Positions 20,501 to 28,972 of a stretch of DNA of 64,000 nucleotides are shown in pieces. The stretch is from an uncultured delta proteobacterium (GTDB lineage: Bacteria > Desulfobacterota > Binatia > JACPRU01), in assembly GCA_963745025.1 (NCBI GenBank), contig CAVUWD010000013.1, positions 160,001-224,000 on the forward strand. The letters run 5' to 3'. Numbering within the stretch: the first letter of the stretch is position 1; every line of letters begins with the position of its first letter. The notes under the pieces were generated by a model that ran no database searches, had not been told where the DNA came from, and was given only the letters and a program-made list of their open reading frames with translations. Both the position numbers and the translations under genes were made by a program.

Positions 20501-21385
20501 ATGCGGAAGGCCGTTCTCGGCCCCGCCGCGGCGCTCGTCTTGGGGATTTACGCTCCCCGAGCGGATGCCCACGGCGTGGTCGGACAGAGGACGTTCATCG
20601 AGCCGTTCATCACCGAAGACGTGAACCCGAAGAACGAGTTCGTGATCGCGCGGCCCGAGTGGCACGACTCACGCGAGGGTCACGACCTGAGCGAAGGATT
20701 CAGCCTGGAAAAGAAGCTTGCCGACCGTCTCAGCCTGACGCTCGACTCGGCGTGGATCCACATCGCGCCCGAGGCCTCCGACGAGCCGAGCGAGAGCGGC
20801 TTCGACAACCTCGGGATCACGCTGAAGTATGCATTCTTCGAGAATCCCGATCACGAATCGATCGTGTCATTCGCCGTCGAATCCACGGCCCCGACCGGCG
20901 GCGCGGATGTGGGGGCCGAGGAGTACTGGGCGTTCAAGCCGTTCTTCCTCTATGGTAGAGGATTCGGCGACCTACCCGACTCCCTCCGGTATCTACGGCC
21001 GTTCGCCGTGCAGGGAGACTTCGGGCCCGAGGTGTCGACCGGGCCGGGAACGGCGACGACGTTCGCTCACAACATCTGTCTGGAATACAGCATCCCGTAC
21101 CTCCAAGCTGTGGTCCGGGATCTCGGCATCGGCTGGCCGTTCAACGACATCATCGCCGTCACGGAGTTCAACTTCGAGCACGGAGTCCACGGAGAAGAGG
21201 CCGGCAGGGACGTCATCAGCATGACGCCGGGCATCGTGTACATGGATCGCTACGTGGAGATCGGCTTCGGGGGGCGGGTTCCGCTTAGCGACGGCGCTCG
21301 CGACGACTTCGATTGGGGCCTCATCGGCATCGTCGATCTCTTCATCGACGACCTCTTTCCCTGGTCGCGATGGCAACCGTTTTGA
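20501..21385 (+). CDS. Putative outer-membrane beta-barrel, likely metal uptake
   Basis: Signal peptide ending ADA-H, amphipathic strands (GFDNLGITLKYAF, SMTPGIVYMDRYVEIGFGGRVPL), terminal Phe; upstream of copC. Confidence 0.6.
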   Translation: MRKAVLGPAAALVLGIYAPRADAHGVVGQRTFIEPFITEDVNPKNEFVIARPEWHDSREGHDLSEGFSLEKKLADRLSLTLDSAWIHIAPEASDEPSESGFDNLGITLKYAFFENPDHESIVSFAVESTAPTGGADVGAEEYWAFKPFFLYGRGFGDLPDSLRYLRPFAVQGDFGPEVSTGPGTATTFAHNICLEYSIPYLQAVVRDLGIGWPFNDIIAVTEFNFEHGVHGEEAGRDVISMTPGIVYMDRYVEIGFGGRVPLSDGARDDFDWGLIGIVDLFIDDLFPWSRWQPF

Positions 21386-21395
21386 AGGAGTCGCG

Positions 21396-21764
21396 ATGAG
21401 GGCACACCCGCTTCTGATCGGCAGTCTTTACGTTGCGGCACTGCTGTCGCACCCCCGTCCCGGCAACGCTCACGCATTTCTCGATCATGCGGAGCCGAAG
21501 GTGGGCTCGACCGTCCGCTCGCCGCCTGCTTCGGTGATGCTCACGTTCACCGAAGATGTCGAGCCGGCCTTCTCCAAGATCGAAGTCGTCGACGGCCAGG
21601 GAAAGGGACTCGCCATCGGCACTCTCGAGCATCCCGAGGCGCCGACGCTACGGGTATCACTGCCCGCCCTGTCGAGCGGGAAGTACCAGGTGCGGTGGAA
21701 AGTCGTCTCGGAGGACACCCACGAGACGCAAGGGACCTTCGAATTCTCGGTGGAGGCCCCATGA
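21396..21764 (+). CDS. copC: Copper resistance protein CopC
   Basis: GNA-HAFLDHAEP, LTFTEDVEP, YQVRWKVVSEDTHETQG. Confidence 0.9.
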   Translation: MRAHPLLIGSLYVAALLSHPRPGNAHAFLDHAEPKVGSTVRSPPASVMLTFTEDVEPAFSKIEVVDGQGKGLAIGTLEHPEAPTLRVSLPALSSGKYQVRWKVVSEDTHETQGTFEFSVEAP

Positions 21765-22585
21765 GCGTCGTCGAGGTCGCGATCGGCTGGGCCGACATCG
21801 CTGCGGCCACGGTTCTGGTGGGCGGATCGGCCTACGCGGCTCTGGTGGAAACGCCGCAAGCCTCGGGACGACGATGCCTCCGCTCAGCGGCGTCGGTTCT
21901 CGCTGCTGCGCTGGTGCTCGAGATCACCGTGAATTCGTTGCGCATGCACCGCCTCTTGGGGATGGGCGGCGCGACGCTCCTCGCGGACGTGCTCGAGATG
22001 AAGTGGACGCGTTGGTGGGCGCTGCGCAGCGTGGCGCTCGCCGCGCTCGCCATCGGCCTCCGTGCCGCTCGTCCGCGCTGGAGCTTGCTCGCGGGGATCG
22101 GCACCGTGTCGCTGCTGGCGCGTAGCCTCCAGGGCCACGCGGGCGCACACGGGATCCTTCCCGCCCTGATCGATTGGGCGCATCTCTCTGCGGCGACCGT
22201 CTGGGTCGGTGGCCTCGTCCAGCTCGCCCTCCTCCCGACCATCCCCCCGGCGGTCGCGTTGCGGGCGAGTAGGATGTTCACGCTGGCGCTTTGCCCGCTG
22301 GTCGCCGGCGGAGTCTATGGATCTCTTCTCCACGTCGCGGCGATAGAGCAGCTGGTCGCCACGCCCTACGGTCGAGTGCTGCTGGCGAAGATCACGCTTG
22401 CCGCCGTGGCGATCACGCTCGGGGCGATGAATCACTACCGCCACGTTCCGTGGTTGGTGCAAGGGAAGGCGGATGCGAGCGGGCTGCTGCGCGCCGTGAG
22501 GGCGGAAGTCGTCGTGCTCGCCGTCGTCTTGTTGCTGAGCGCTCTGCTCGGCAGCCTGCCGATGCCGCACGCGATGGCTCCGTGA
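21761..22585 (+). CDS. copD: Copper resistance protein CopD
   Basis: SLQGHAGA, DWAHLSAATVWVGGL, TPYGRVLLAK, LGAMNH. Confidence 0.85.
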   Translation: MSVVEVAIGWADIAAATVLVGGSAYAALVETPQASGRRCLRSAASVLAAALVLEITVNSLRMHRLLGMGGATLLADVLEMKWTRWWALRSVALAALAIGLRAARPRWSLLAGIGTVSLLARSLQGHAGAHGILPALIDWAHLSAATVWVGGLVQLALLPTIPPAVALRASRMFTLALCPLVAGGVYGSLLHVAAIEQLVATPYGRVLLAKITLAAVAITLGAMNHYRHVPWLVQGKADASGLLRAVRAEVVVLAVVLLLSALLGSLPMPHAMAP

Positions 22586-22597
22586 GCCGCCGCGCTC

Positions 22598-24478
22598 TCA
22601 ATTGCACAGAATCAGGTGGCAATTCTTGGGCAGCCGCCGCGCGAGCCCCTTGACGACCTGGCCGCGCAGCAGCCGATAGAGCGCGTTTCGCCGGCTGACG
22701 CCGACCATCACGCCGTCGACGGCGAGCGCGTGGGCCGCGCGCGCGATGGCCTCGGCGGCATTGTACGAGATCATCCAGATCGGGATCAGCTCCACGCCGA
22801 GCTTGTGCGCCTCCTCGAACGCGTGGTGCAGGCTCACCACGCCGTCGGGATTCGGCTCGAGCGGCTCGTTGCTGAGGAACAAGCCCGGCACCTCCTCGAC
22901 GTACACGCAGTAGAGAGCGAGCTCATCGCGCCCCTTGACACGAGTCACGGCCTCGCGGATGAGCGTCGGCGCCTTGCCGCGCACCGCGACCAGCGTGTGG
23001 CTCGGGAAGAGCGGCTTCAGTTCCTTGGCCTGGGCGAGACTGACGATCTCGACCGCGGCTTCTTCGGCCTGACGCTCCGCCTCGGCGGCGGCTCGGGCCG
23101 CGAGCCGGCCGACGAAGCCGACGCGATAGACCGCTTCGGTGAGCCAGCCTTCGCGCATGCCGAGGGCGATCGCCATGCCGATCAACGTGACGGTTCCGCC
23201 GAACAGGGTCGCCAACGGCTTGGCGAAGAGGTTTACCGTCCACGCGAGCGAGACCATCGCCGTGGTGAGGAGACCGAGGTAGAAGTTTGGCCCCCGTCGC
23301 CGCAGGCGCCAACGCATCACGTCGAGGCCGAAGGATGACAGCACGAAGGCGCCGAGCAGGCCGAAGGCGTACATGTCGCCGAGCAAGACCATCTGGCCTT
23401 GCGTGGCGATCACCACCGCTACCGGAACGGCGGTGGTGATGGCGATGGCGATGTGCGGCGTGCCGAACGTGCGGTTGCGCGCCAGGATCGGCTTCGGCAG
23501 GAACCCTTGATGCGCGAGCGCCAGAAACACGTGGTAACCGCCTATGATCGCCGTGTTGGCGGCGAAGATGAGCAGCGTGGTGGCGGTCAGCACGACCGCC
23601 GCTTTGGTGGTCGTCCCCCCTACGACCTGACCGAGCTCCGAGATGAATCGCTCGGTCGCCACGTTGCCGGGCGTCAGCAACCCGATCGAGAAGAGCGTCA
23701 AGACCGGCGCCGTGAGGATCACGGTGACGATCACCGCCAGCATCGCCGTGCCGACGTTGCGACGGAGCGGCTGGCGCATCGTCGGTGACAGCTGGGCGAT
23801 GCTCTCGAGACCGGAAAACGCGAGCCAGGCGCCGGCGAAGCCGATCAGCGCGCTCCGCGGCGTCAGCCCCTCGGTGTGGTGGAGCGTGGCCATGATGCGA
23901 TGGAATTCGGCTGGTCCGAGCCGGAAAAGGGTGCAGAGGATCACCCAAGCGTCGGCGGAGAGCGCCGCGACCGCCATGCACAGGGCCACGCCGGCGCTCT
24001 CGCGGATTCCCACGACGTTGAGCATCGCCAGAAGGACGATCCCGAGGCACGAAAACGCGACGACGTGCTCTTCGAACATCGGAAAGAGGCTTCCTGCGTA
24101 GTAGAACGCCGAAGTCGACGAGATCGACGAGGTGAGGAAATAGTCGACCGTGATGAGCATCCCGCCGAGAGCGCCCCAGCGCGGGCTGAACGCCTTGCTG
24201 GCGACGGTGACGACGCCTCCGCCCTCCGGGTTTCGCCAGCTGATCTCGACGTACTTCAGCGCCAGCAGCACGAAGCCGACCGTCACCATGGTGACGAAGA
24301 GCGGCGCGTATTGGCCCACTTGCTCGTAGAGGATGCCCGGAACGTAATAAACCGACGTGCCGATGTCGCAGAACACGACGGCCCAGGCGAGGACCCAGGT
24401 CAGCTGCTGGGCGTGAACCGTCGGACGGGGCGTGGCCGTGATGGCGACGGACGGCGCCGGCTGAGTCACCTGATCCAT
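22598..24478 (-). CDS. APC-family permease with C-terminal universal stress (USP) domain
   Basis: DIGTSVYYVPG, EGGGVV, AFSGLESIAQ, YAFGLLGAF, C-terminal GVSRRNALYRLLRGQVVKGL. Confidence 0.8.
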   Translation of the reverse strand: MDQVTQPAPSVAITATPRPTVHAQQLTWVLAWAVVFCDIGTSVYYVPGILYEQVGQYAPLFVTMVTVGFVLLALKYVEISWRNPEGGGVVTVASKAFSPRWGALGGMLITVDYFLTSSISSTSAFYYAGSLFPMFEEHVVAFSCLGIVLLAMLNVVGIRESAGVALCMAVAALSADAWVILCTLFRLGPAEFHRIMATLHHTEGLTPRSALIGFAGAWLAFSGLESIAQLSPTMRQPLRRNVGTAMLAVIVTVILTAPVLTLFSIGLLTPGNVATERFISELGQVVGGTTTKAAVVLTATTLLIFAANTAIIGGYHVFLALAHQGFLPKPILARNRTFGTPHIAIAITTAVPVAVVIATQGQMVLLGDMYAFGLLGAFVLSSFGLDVMRWRLRRRGPNFYLGLLTTAMVSLAWTVNLFAKPLATLFGGTVTLIGMAIALGMREGWLTEAVYRVGFVGRLAARAAAEAERQAEEAAVEIVSLAQAKELKPLFPSHTLVAVRGKAPTLIREAVTRVKGRDELALYCVYVEEVPGLFLSNEPLEPNPDGVVSLHHAFEEAHKLGVELIPIWMISYNAAEAIARAAHALAVDGVMVGVSRRNALYRLLRGQVVKGLARRLPKNCHLILCN

Positions 24479-24560
24479 TGCGACGAGATTGCGAGCGCGC
24501 CGGGCTGGCTTGCCGGCTCGGTCTGGCGCTGCTTATATGGCGGGAGCCGTTTTTGCCAGT

Positions 24561-24845
24561 ATGACTACAAGTGAGGGAAGCGTCGGTGTCGAAGAGAATG
24601 GCCCGGAAGGCTTCGAGCGCTTCCGCCGCCGTCTCTCCTGGGTCTGCATCGCCGTGTTCACCCTGTCCTTCGCCGGGCTTCTCGGCTTGAGCGCGACCGT
24701 TTACTGGACGTCGGACAACGCCTGTATCACCCTTCTCGACCGCGCGTGGAGGATCTCGGGCTTCACCGGTCTCTGTCTTTGGGCGGTTCCTTACGTCGTT
24801 CGCGGCGGCCGCTGGGTCGGAGAGGTCTTCTCCGGCAAGAGCTAG
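24561..24845 (+). CDS. Small two-TM membrane protein
   Basis: Two hydrophobic segments; fills the gap between the two transporters; start uncertain. Confidence 0.45.
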   Translation: MTTSEGSVGVEENGPEGFERFRRRLSWVCIAVFTLSFAGLLGLSATVYWTSDNACITLLDRAWRISGFTGLCLWAVPYVVRGGRWVGEVFSGKS

Positions 24846-24855
24846 GCTTCCGCGG

Positions 24856-26877
24856 TCAAATCGCCGCTTGGATCGGCATCACCACCGTGTGCAGACCGAC
24901 GAGCTGCAGGCGCCGCTCGATCTTTCCGGCGGTCTGGTTGTGGAGGTAGCGCTCGAAGAAGGTCTCGCGTCCGAGGATCAGCTTGCCGGCAAAGAACGTG
25001 ACGCGCGGGAAGCGCGTCGCGGCTTCGAGGCAGAGCTGCTCGAGCTCCGCCACCGCGTCCGTGCCGAGCCGGTAGCTCGACTCCGCGTAAAAACCCATGT
25101 TGCGGGCGAACTTCTCGTACTCCTGGAGGTCGTCCTGCACCGCCTTTTCGAGCCGGCGCACCTCGTGGCGGCCCTTGAACCGGCTGGAGTCGATGATGCC
25201 GACCTCGAGGAGGACGATGTTCTTGAAGTAGTTTGGAAAACAGCGGTGGATGGAGAGCAGCGAATGGAGGCCGAGACCGTTGAAGCCGCCCACCATGAGC
25301 ACGGCGGTCGACGCCTTGCGATCGCAATCGCGCGCTGGCGGGATCACCTCCGGCGGAAAGGCCACGTTGATCAGCGTGTCGTCGAGCTTGCGAAACGCAC
25401 GGTGCACGCTCCTGTAGTGGCTCTTCACGAGCAGGCAAAGGGTGATCGTCGCTCCCGTCATCACCGACGTCACCCAGCCGCCCGCGCCGAACTTGAGGAC
25501 GAGCGTCACCACCAAGATGAGCGCGGTGAAGGAGAGCCCAAATCCGTTCAGGGCGAGCTTTCGCAGCCACGACCGCTCTTCTCCGCGTACCTGCCACCAG
25601 TGGATCACCATGCCGAGCTGAGAGAGCGAGAACGTGAGGAAGACGTTGATCGAATAAAGGACGACGAGCACGTGGACGTCGCCCTCGGTGAAGAAGAGAA
25701 CCGCGAGCGCCGAAGCGCCCATCACCAGCACGCCGTCCTGGGTCACTAGCCGATCGGAGAGATGGGCGAACCGCGTCGGCACCCAGAAGTCGACGGCCAT
25801 GTTCGCCAGCACGCGCGGGCCGTCGAGGAATCCGGCTTGCGCGGCGACGAAGAGGAGCGCCGACTCCGAGAGCAGCGTGAACATCACGAGGAAGTGCCCG
25901 GGGTGAAGGCTTCCGACCGCCCAGTTCTCGGTCAACCCGTAGAAGAGCGTCGCGTTCAGCGTGCGGCCCGTCTCCCCCCTTACGCCGATCAGCAGGAAGG
26001 AAATCAACAACCCCGCTGCGGTGAACGCCAACGAAGTCGCCATGTAACGCATCGTGCGCTTGCCGGTCTCGACCTTCGGCGCTCGTAGGATCTGCAGGCC
26101 GTTGCTCACCGCCTCGATCCCGGTGAAGGTGCCGCCGCCGAGGCTGAAGGCGCGGAGCAGGATGACGATCGTCGCGAACAAGCCGAGCTGTGAGACGCTG
26201 CGGTGCGTCTCGGCCGCCGTCGCCGTCACCACCTGCGGCAGGTTTCCCACGTTCACCACGAGCGAGTAGGCGATCATCAGCGCGTGAGTGATGACGAAGG
26301 CGACGAAGATCGGCACGAGCGTCAATACCGATTCGCGCACTCCGCGGAGATTGAGCACGATCAGGAACACGATCGCCGCCGTCGAAGTCCACAGCTTCGT
26401 GTGGTGCCACCCGACCGGCAGGAAGCTGAAGAGCGCGTCCGAGCCGCTGGCGATCGAGATCGTGATCGTCAGCACGTAATCGACGAGCAGGGCGCAGCCG
26501 GAGACCAGGCCGACGTGAGGGCCGAGAAGGTGCGAGGCGACGAGGTAACCGCCGCCGCCCGACGGAAAGAGCTCGATGATTTGCGAGTAGCTTGCCGAGA
26601 TGACGAACACCGTGACGGCGGTGAGGATCGCCAGGAACAGTGCCAAGTACTGATGCTGCCCGAGCGCGAGAAAAGCCTCTTCGGGACCGTAGCAGGAGGA
26701 CGAGAGGCCGTCGGCTCCGAGGCCGACCCAGGCGAGGAACGCGATTAGAGAGACGTGGTGAAAGACTCGGGGGTCGCGGATGTCCTTCGGCGGCCCGAAG
26801 AGCACCTTGCGGAGCCGGCCGAGCGCACTCGCTCCTCCCGGCGTCGCGGCCGCCCTCTGCGGCCTGGGCGAATCCAT
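24856..26877 (-). CDS. APC-family permease, KimA/YdaO-like putative K+ transporter
   Basis: GADGLSSSCYGPEE, SYSQIIELFPSGGGGY, ALLVDYVLT, TGIEAVSNG, LYSINVFLTFSLSQLGM, LHNQTA. Confidence 0.85.
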   Translation of the reverse strand: MDSPRPQRAAATPGGASALGRLRKVLFGPPKDIRDPRVFHHVSLIAFLAWVGLGADGLSSSCYGPEEAFLALGQHQYLALFLAILTAVTVFVISASYSQIIELFPSGGGGYLVASHLLGPHVGLVSGCALLVDYVLTITISIASGSDALFSFLPVGWHHTKLWTSTAAIVFLIVLNLRGVRESVLTLVPIFVAFVITHALMIAYSLVVNVGNLPQVVTATAAETHRSVSQLGLFATIVILLRAFSLGGGTFTGIEAVSNGLQILRAPKVETGKRTMRYMATSLAFTAAGLLISFLLIGVRGETGRTLNATLFYGLTENWAVGSLHPGHFLVMFTLLSESALLFVAAQAGFLDGPRVLANMAVDFWVPTRFAHLSDRLVTQDGVLVMGASALAVLFFTEGDVHVLVVLYSINVFLTFSLSQLGMVIHWWQVRGEERSWLRKLALNGFGLSFTALILVVTLVLKFGAGGWVTSVMTGATITLCLLVKSHYRSVHRAFRKLDDTLINVAFPPEVIPPARDCDRKASTAVLMVGGFNGLGLHSLLSIHRCFPNYFKNIVLLEVGIIDSSRFKGRHEVRRLEKAVQDDLQEYEKFARNMGFYAESSYRLGTDAVAELEQLCLEAATRFPRVTFFAGKLILGRETFFERYLHNQTAGKIERRLQLVGLHTVVMPIQAAI

Positions 26878-26886
26878 CGGCGCGGG

Positions 26887-26915
26887 AGGTTAGCCCCTGC
26901 CGAGGCACGGGGCAA
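26887..26915 (-). promoter_or_regulatory. Sigma70-type promoter, near-leaderless
   Basis: TTGCCC-N17-TAACCT, 9 nt before the ATG at 26877. Confidence 0.5.
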
Positions 26916-27105
26916 TCGGTCTCCGCAAGGGGTTGTTGATGGGGAAGTTGAGGCACTAGCGGAATGATCATCCGTACTCACCCCTCCTCGGCGCGGTGGA
27001 TCTCTCGCCCCGGATCGCGCCCGAACGCGAGCGCCGCGCAGTCAAGCGCCAGCGGAACACCGCCGGGATGGAGAACGTAGACCCGAGACCCGCGGACGGA
27101 GAAGC

Positions 27106-27522
27106 TCAGCGTTCGACGCAGTCGAAGCCGAGGGCGCGTGCGGCGAGGGCCTGGCGGGCGTCGTGCGTCGCAAAGATGACGGAGGCACCCGCGCGCTCTT
27201 GGAAGAGAAGGGCACTCGCCAGATGAACCGCATCGAGCGTCTTCACCTGGGTGGCCATCGGCTGCGAGGCGCGCCGAAGCACCGGGCGGTTGACTGCGAT
27301 TCGTCGGATCGCGACCTCCACCATGCGAAGCTCCTGCTGCGCCTGTGCGACACCGTCGTCGTCGAGCGCGGCAGCCAGGCGGAGTCGATCGATCGACCGC
27401 CTCGCTTCGACTCCCATCAACTCGCTCGAGCAGGCTTCCTGCCAGTTTCCCCAGATGGAAAGCCGGCCCGCCTGACGCAGGATCACGCGCAGGACGATGC
27501 TCGTATCGAGGTAGAGGGTCAC
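27106..27522 (-). CDS. VapC-family PIN toxin
   Basis: LYLDTSIVL, SSEL..VEARR, VKTLDAVHLASAL, FATHD..QALAARALGF. Confidence 0.88.
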   Translation of the reverse strand: MTLYLDTSIVLRVILRQAGRLSIWGNWQEACSSELMGVEARRSIDRLRLAAALDDDGVAQAQQELRMVEVAIRRIAVNRPVLRRASQPMATQVKTLDAVHLASALLFQERAGASVIFATHDARQALAARALGFDCVER

Positions 27523-27776
27523 CGCTGATCGCGACTCTCTCGCAGCAGACGCACGACGTCCACCCGCTTTCGCAAGCGGACCCCGCGTACCCGCTTGAGG
27601 CTCGCCGTCGGAGCGGTGGGCTCTTCGATCGCCAGGGCGTCGCTTCCGGCGTCATAGGGAACGAGGACCGCGATCGGTGTCCTCCGGTCGGTGACGATTA
27701 CGCTCTCCCCCTGACGAACGGCCGCCAGGAACCCGCTGAGGTGAGCCTTCAGTTCCGAGACCTTCGCGCGTTTCAT
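27519..27776 (-). CDS. Phd/YefM family antitoxin
   Basis: MKRAKVSELKAHLSGFLAAVRQGESVIVTDRRTPIAVLVP; overlaps the toxin start. Confidence 0.9.
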   Translation of the reverse strand: MKRAKVSELKAHLSGFLAAVRQGESVIVTDRRTPIAVLVPYDAGSDALAIEEPTAPTASLKRVRGVRLRKRVDVVRLLRESRDQR

Positions 27777-27848
27777 GACCCTGTTATGTCCTGATCTAGT
27801 CTCAGCAGCAAGAGACGGTCCGGGCGGATGAGAATCAACATCCGGTCG

Positions 27849-28862
27849 TCACCTTTCCTCGACGGAACAGGAATCGAGAATTCGGATCCAGCGGTCACGC
27901 TGGTCGCGTCCGCGTTTTGCGGCTTTGTAGACCGACTCCGGCTTCAAGCCGAGGTCAAGTGCGAGCTCGCGTCCGCTCCGACCAAGGAATTCGACCCAGA
28001 GGTATGCAAGCCCTTCGCGGGCCTCCGAGATGACGCGAGTCCGGCCAGGCTCGCAGATAGCGCGAGGGCTCACGCCGCATGCGGCACAAACCACGTCCTT
28101 CACGGAGGAGAGGTCGGATGGGGTCAGGGCCGCTGAGCGGCTTCGCTTGGCGGCCTCGCCGCGGATCTTGTCGACGAATCGACTGCTTCCGAGCACGCGT
28201 TCATCTGAGGTAAAGTCTTCGCGTCGCCGTCTCGACTCCGACACGGCTGTCCAACCACCCGCGCTCCGGACGAGCCGGCCGCCGCTGAGTTCCGATCGCT
28301 TGCCGAGAAGCGCCCCTTCGCAAACGAACTTCCGGTATGCCGCACGCGCCCAACCAAGATACCTACCGAAGCGCGCGAGCACCTCTTGGGTGGACTGCCA
28401 GGCACGCGGAACCGTCGATAACAGAGCCGAATGGCCCGTGTAGGGATAGTCATCGAGCTCGTCGACGTGACCGACGATGCCCGCGCGTAGCGGATTCAGA
28501 TGGATGTAACGAACCAGCTCGAGGAAGTAGCGCTCGGCTTCGCAAGCAACCGATTTGTAGCGATTCTGAAAGAGGTGGCCGACTCGCTCGTGCCGTCGAT
28601 TGAACACACTCGCGAAGCCGGTGAGAAGCGAGCACATCGAGCGCTCGAGTGGGAGCTCGTCGATTCCGACGAGGAGATGGAAGTGGTTCGGCATCAGCAC
28701 CCAGGCGTAGACCCTCAGTTGGCGATCCTGGACGAGCTTGGAAACGCGTAGCAAAAGGTCCTCGCGATCCGCGTCGTCACGAAAGATCGTTTGTCGGTCG
28801 ATTCCGCGCGCCATGACGTGGTGGAGCACGCCGGGCGCGTCGAGTCGGGGTCCGCGAGGCAC
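27849..28862 (-). mobile_element. REP-associated tyrosine transposase (RAYT, HUH/Y1) with C-terminal DnaA-C-like HTH
   Basis: PGVLHHVMARG..RQTIFRDD.DRE, VLMPNHFHLLV (HUH), GHLFQNRYKS, LVRYIHLNPLRAG. Confidence 0.88.
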
Positions 28863-28972
28863 GATTCCTCCACAACCCTAGCGGGGCCGTGGAGGGCAGC
28901 GAGTTACACGTTAGCAGTTCTCGTTCGTCGAGATCACGCGAAATCCGGCTGCGCAGGGCAGCAACGATTCCG

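Noticed and set aside
26878-26980. c-di-AMP (ydaO) riboswitch upstream of the KimA-like gene
   Set aside because: Conserved motif blocks absent and the predicted promoter leaves almost no leader.
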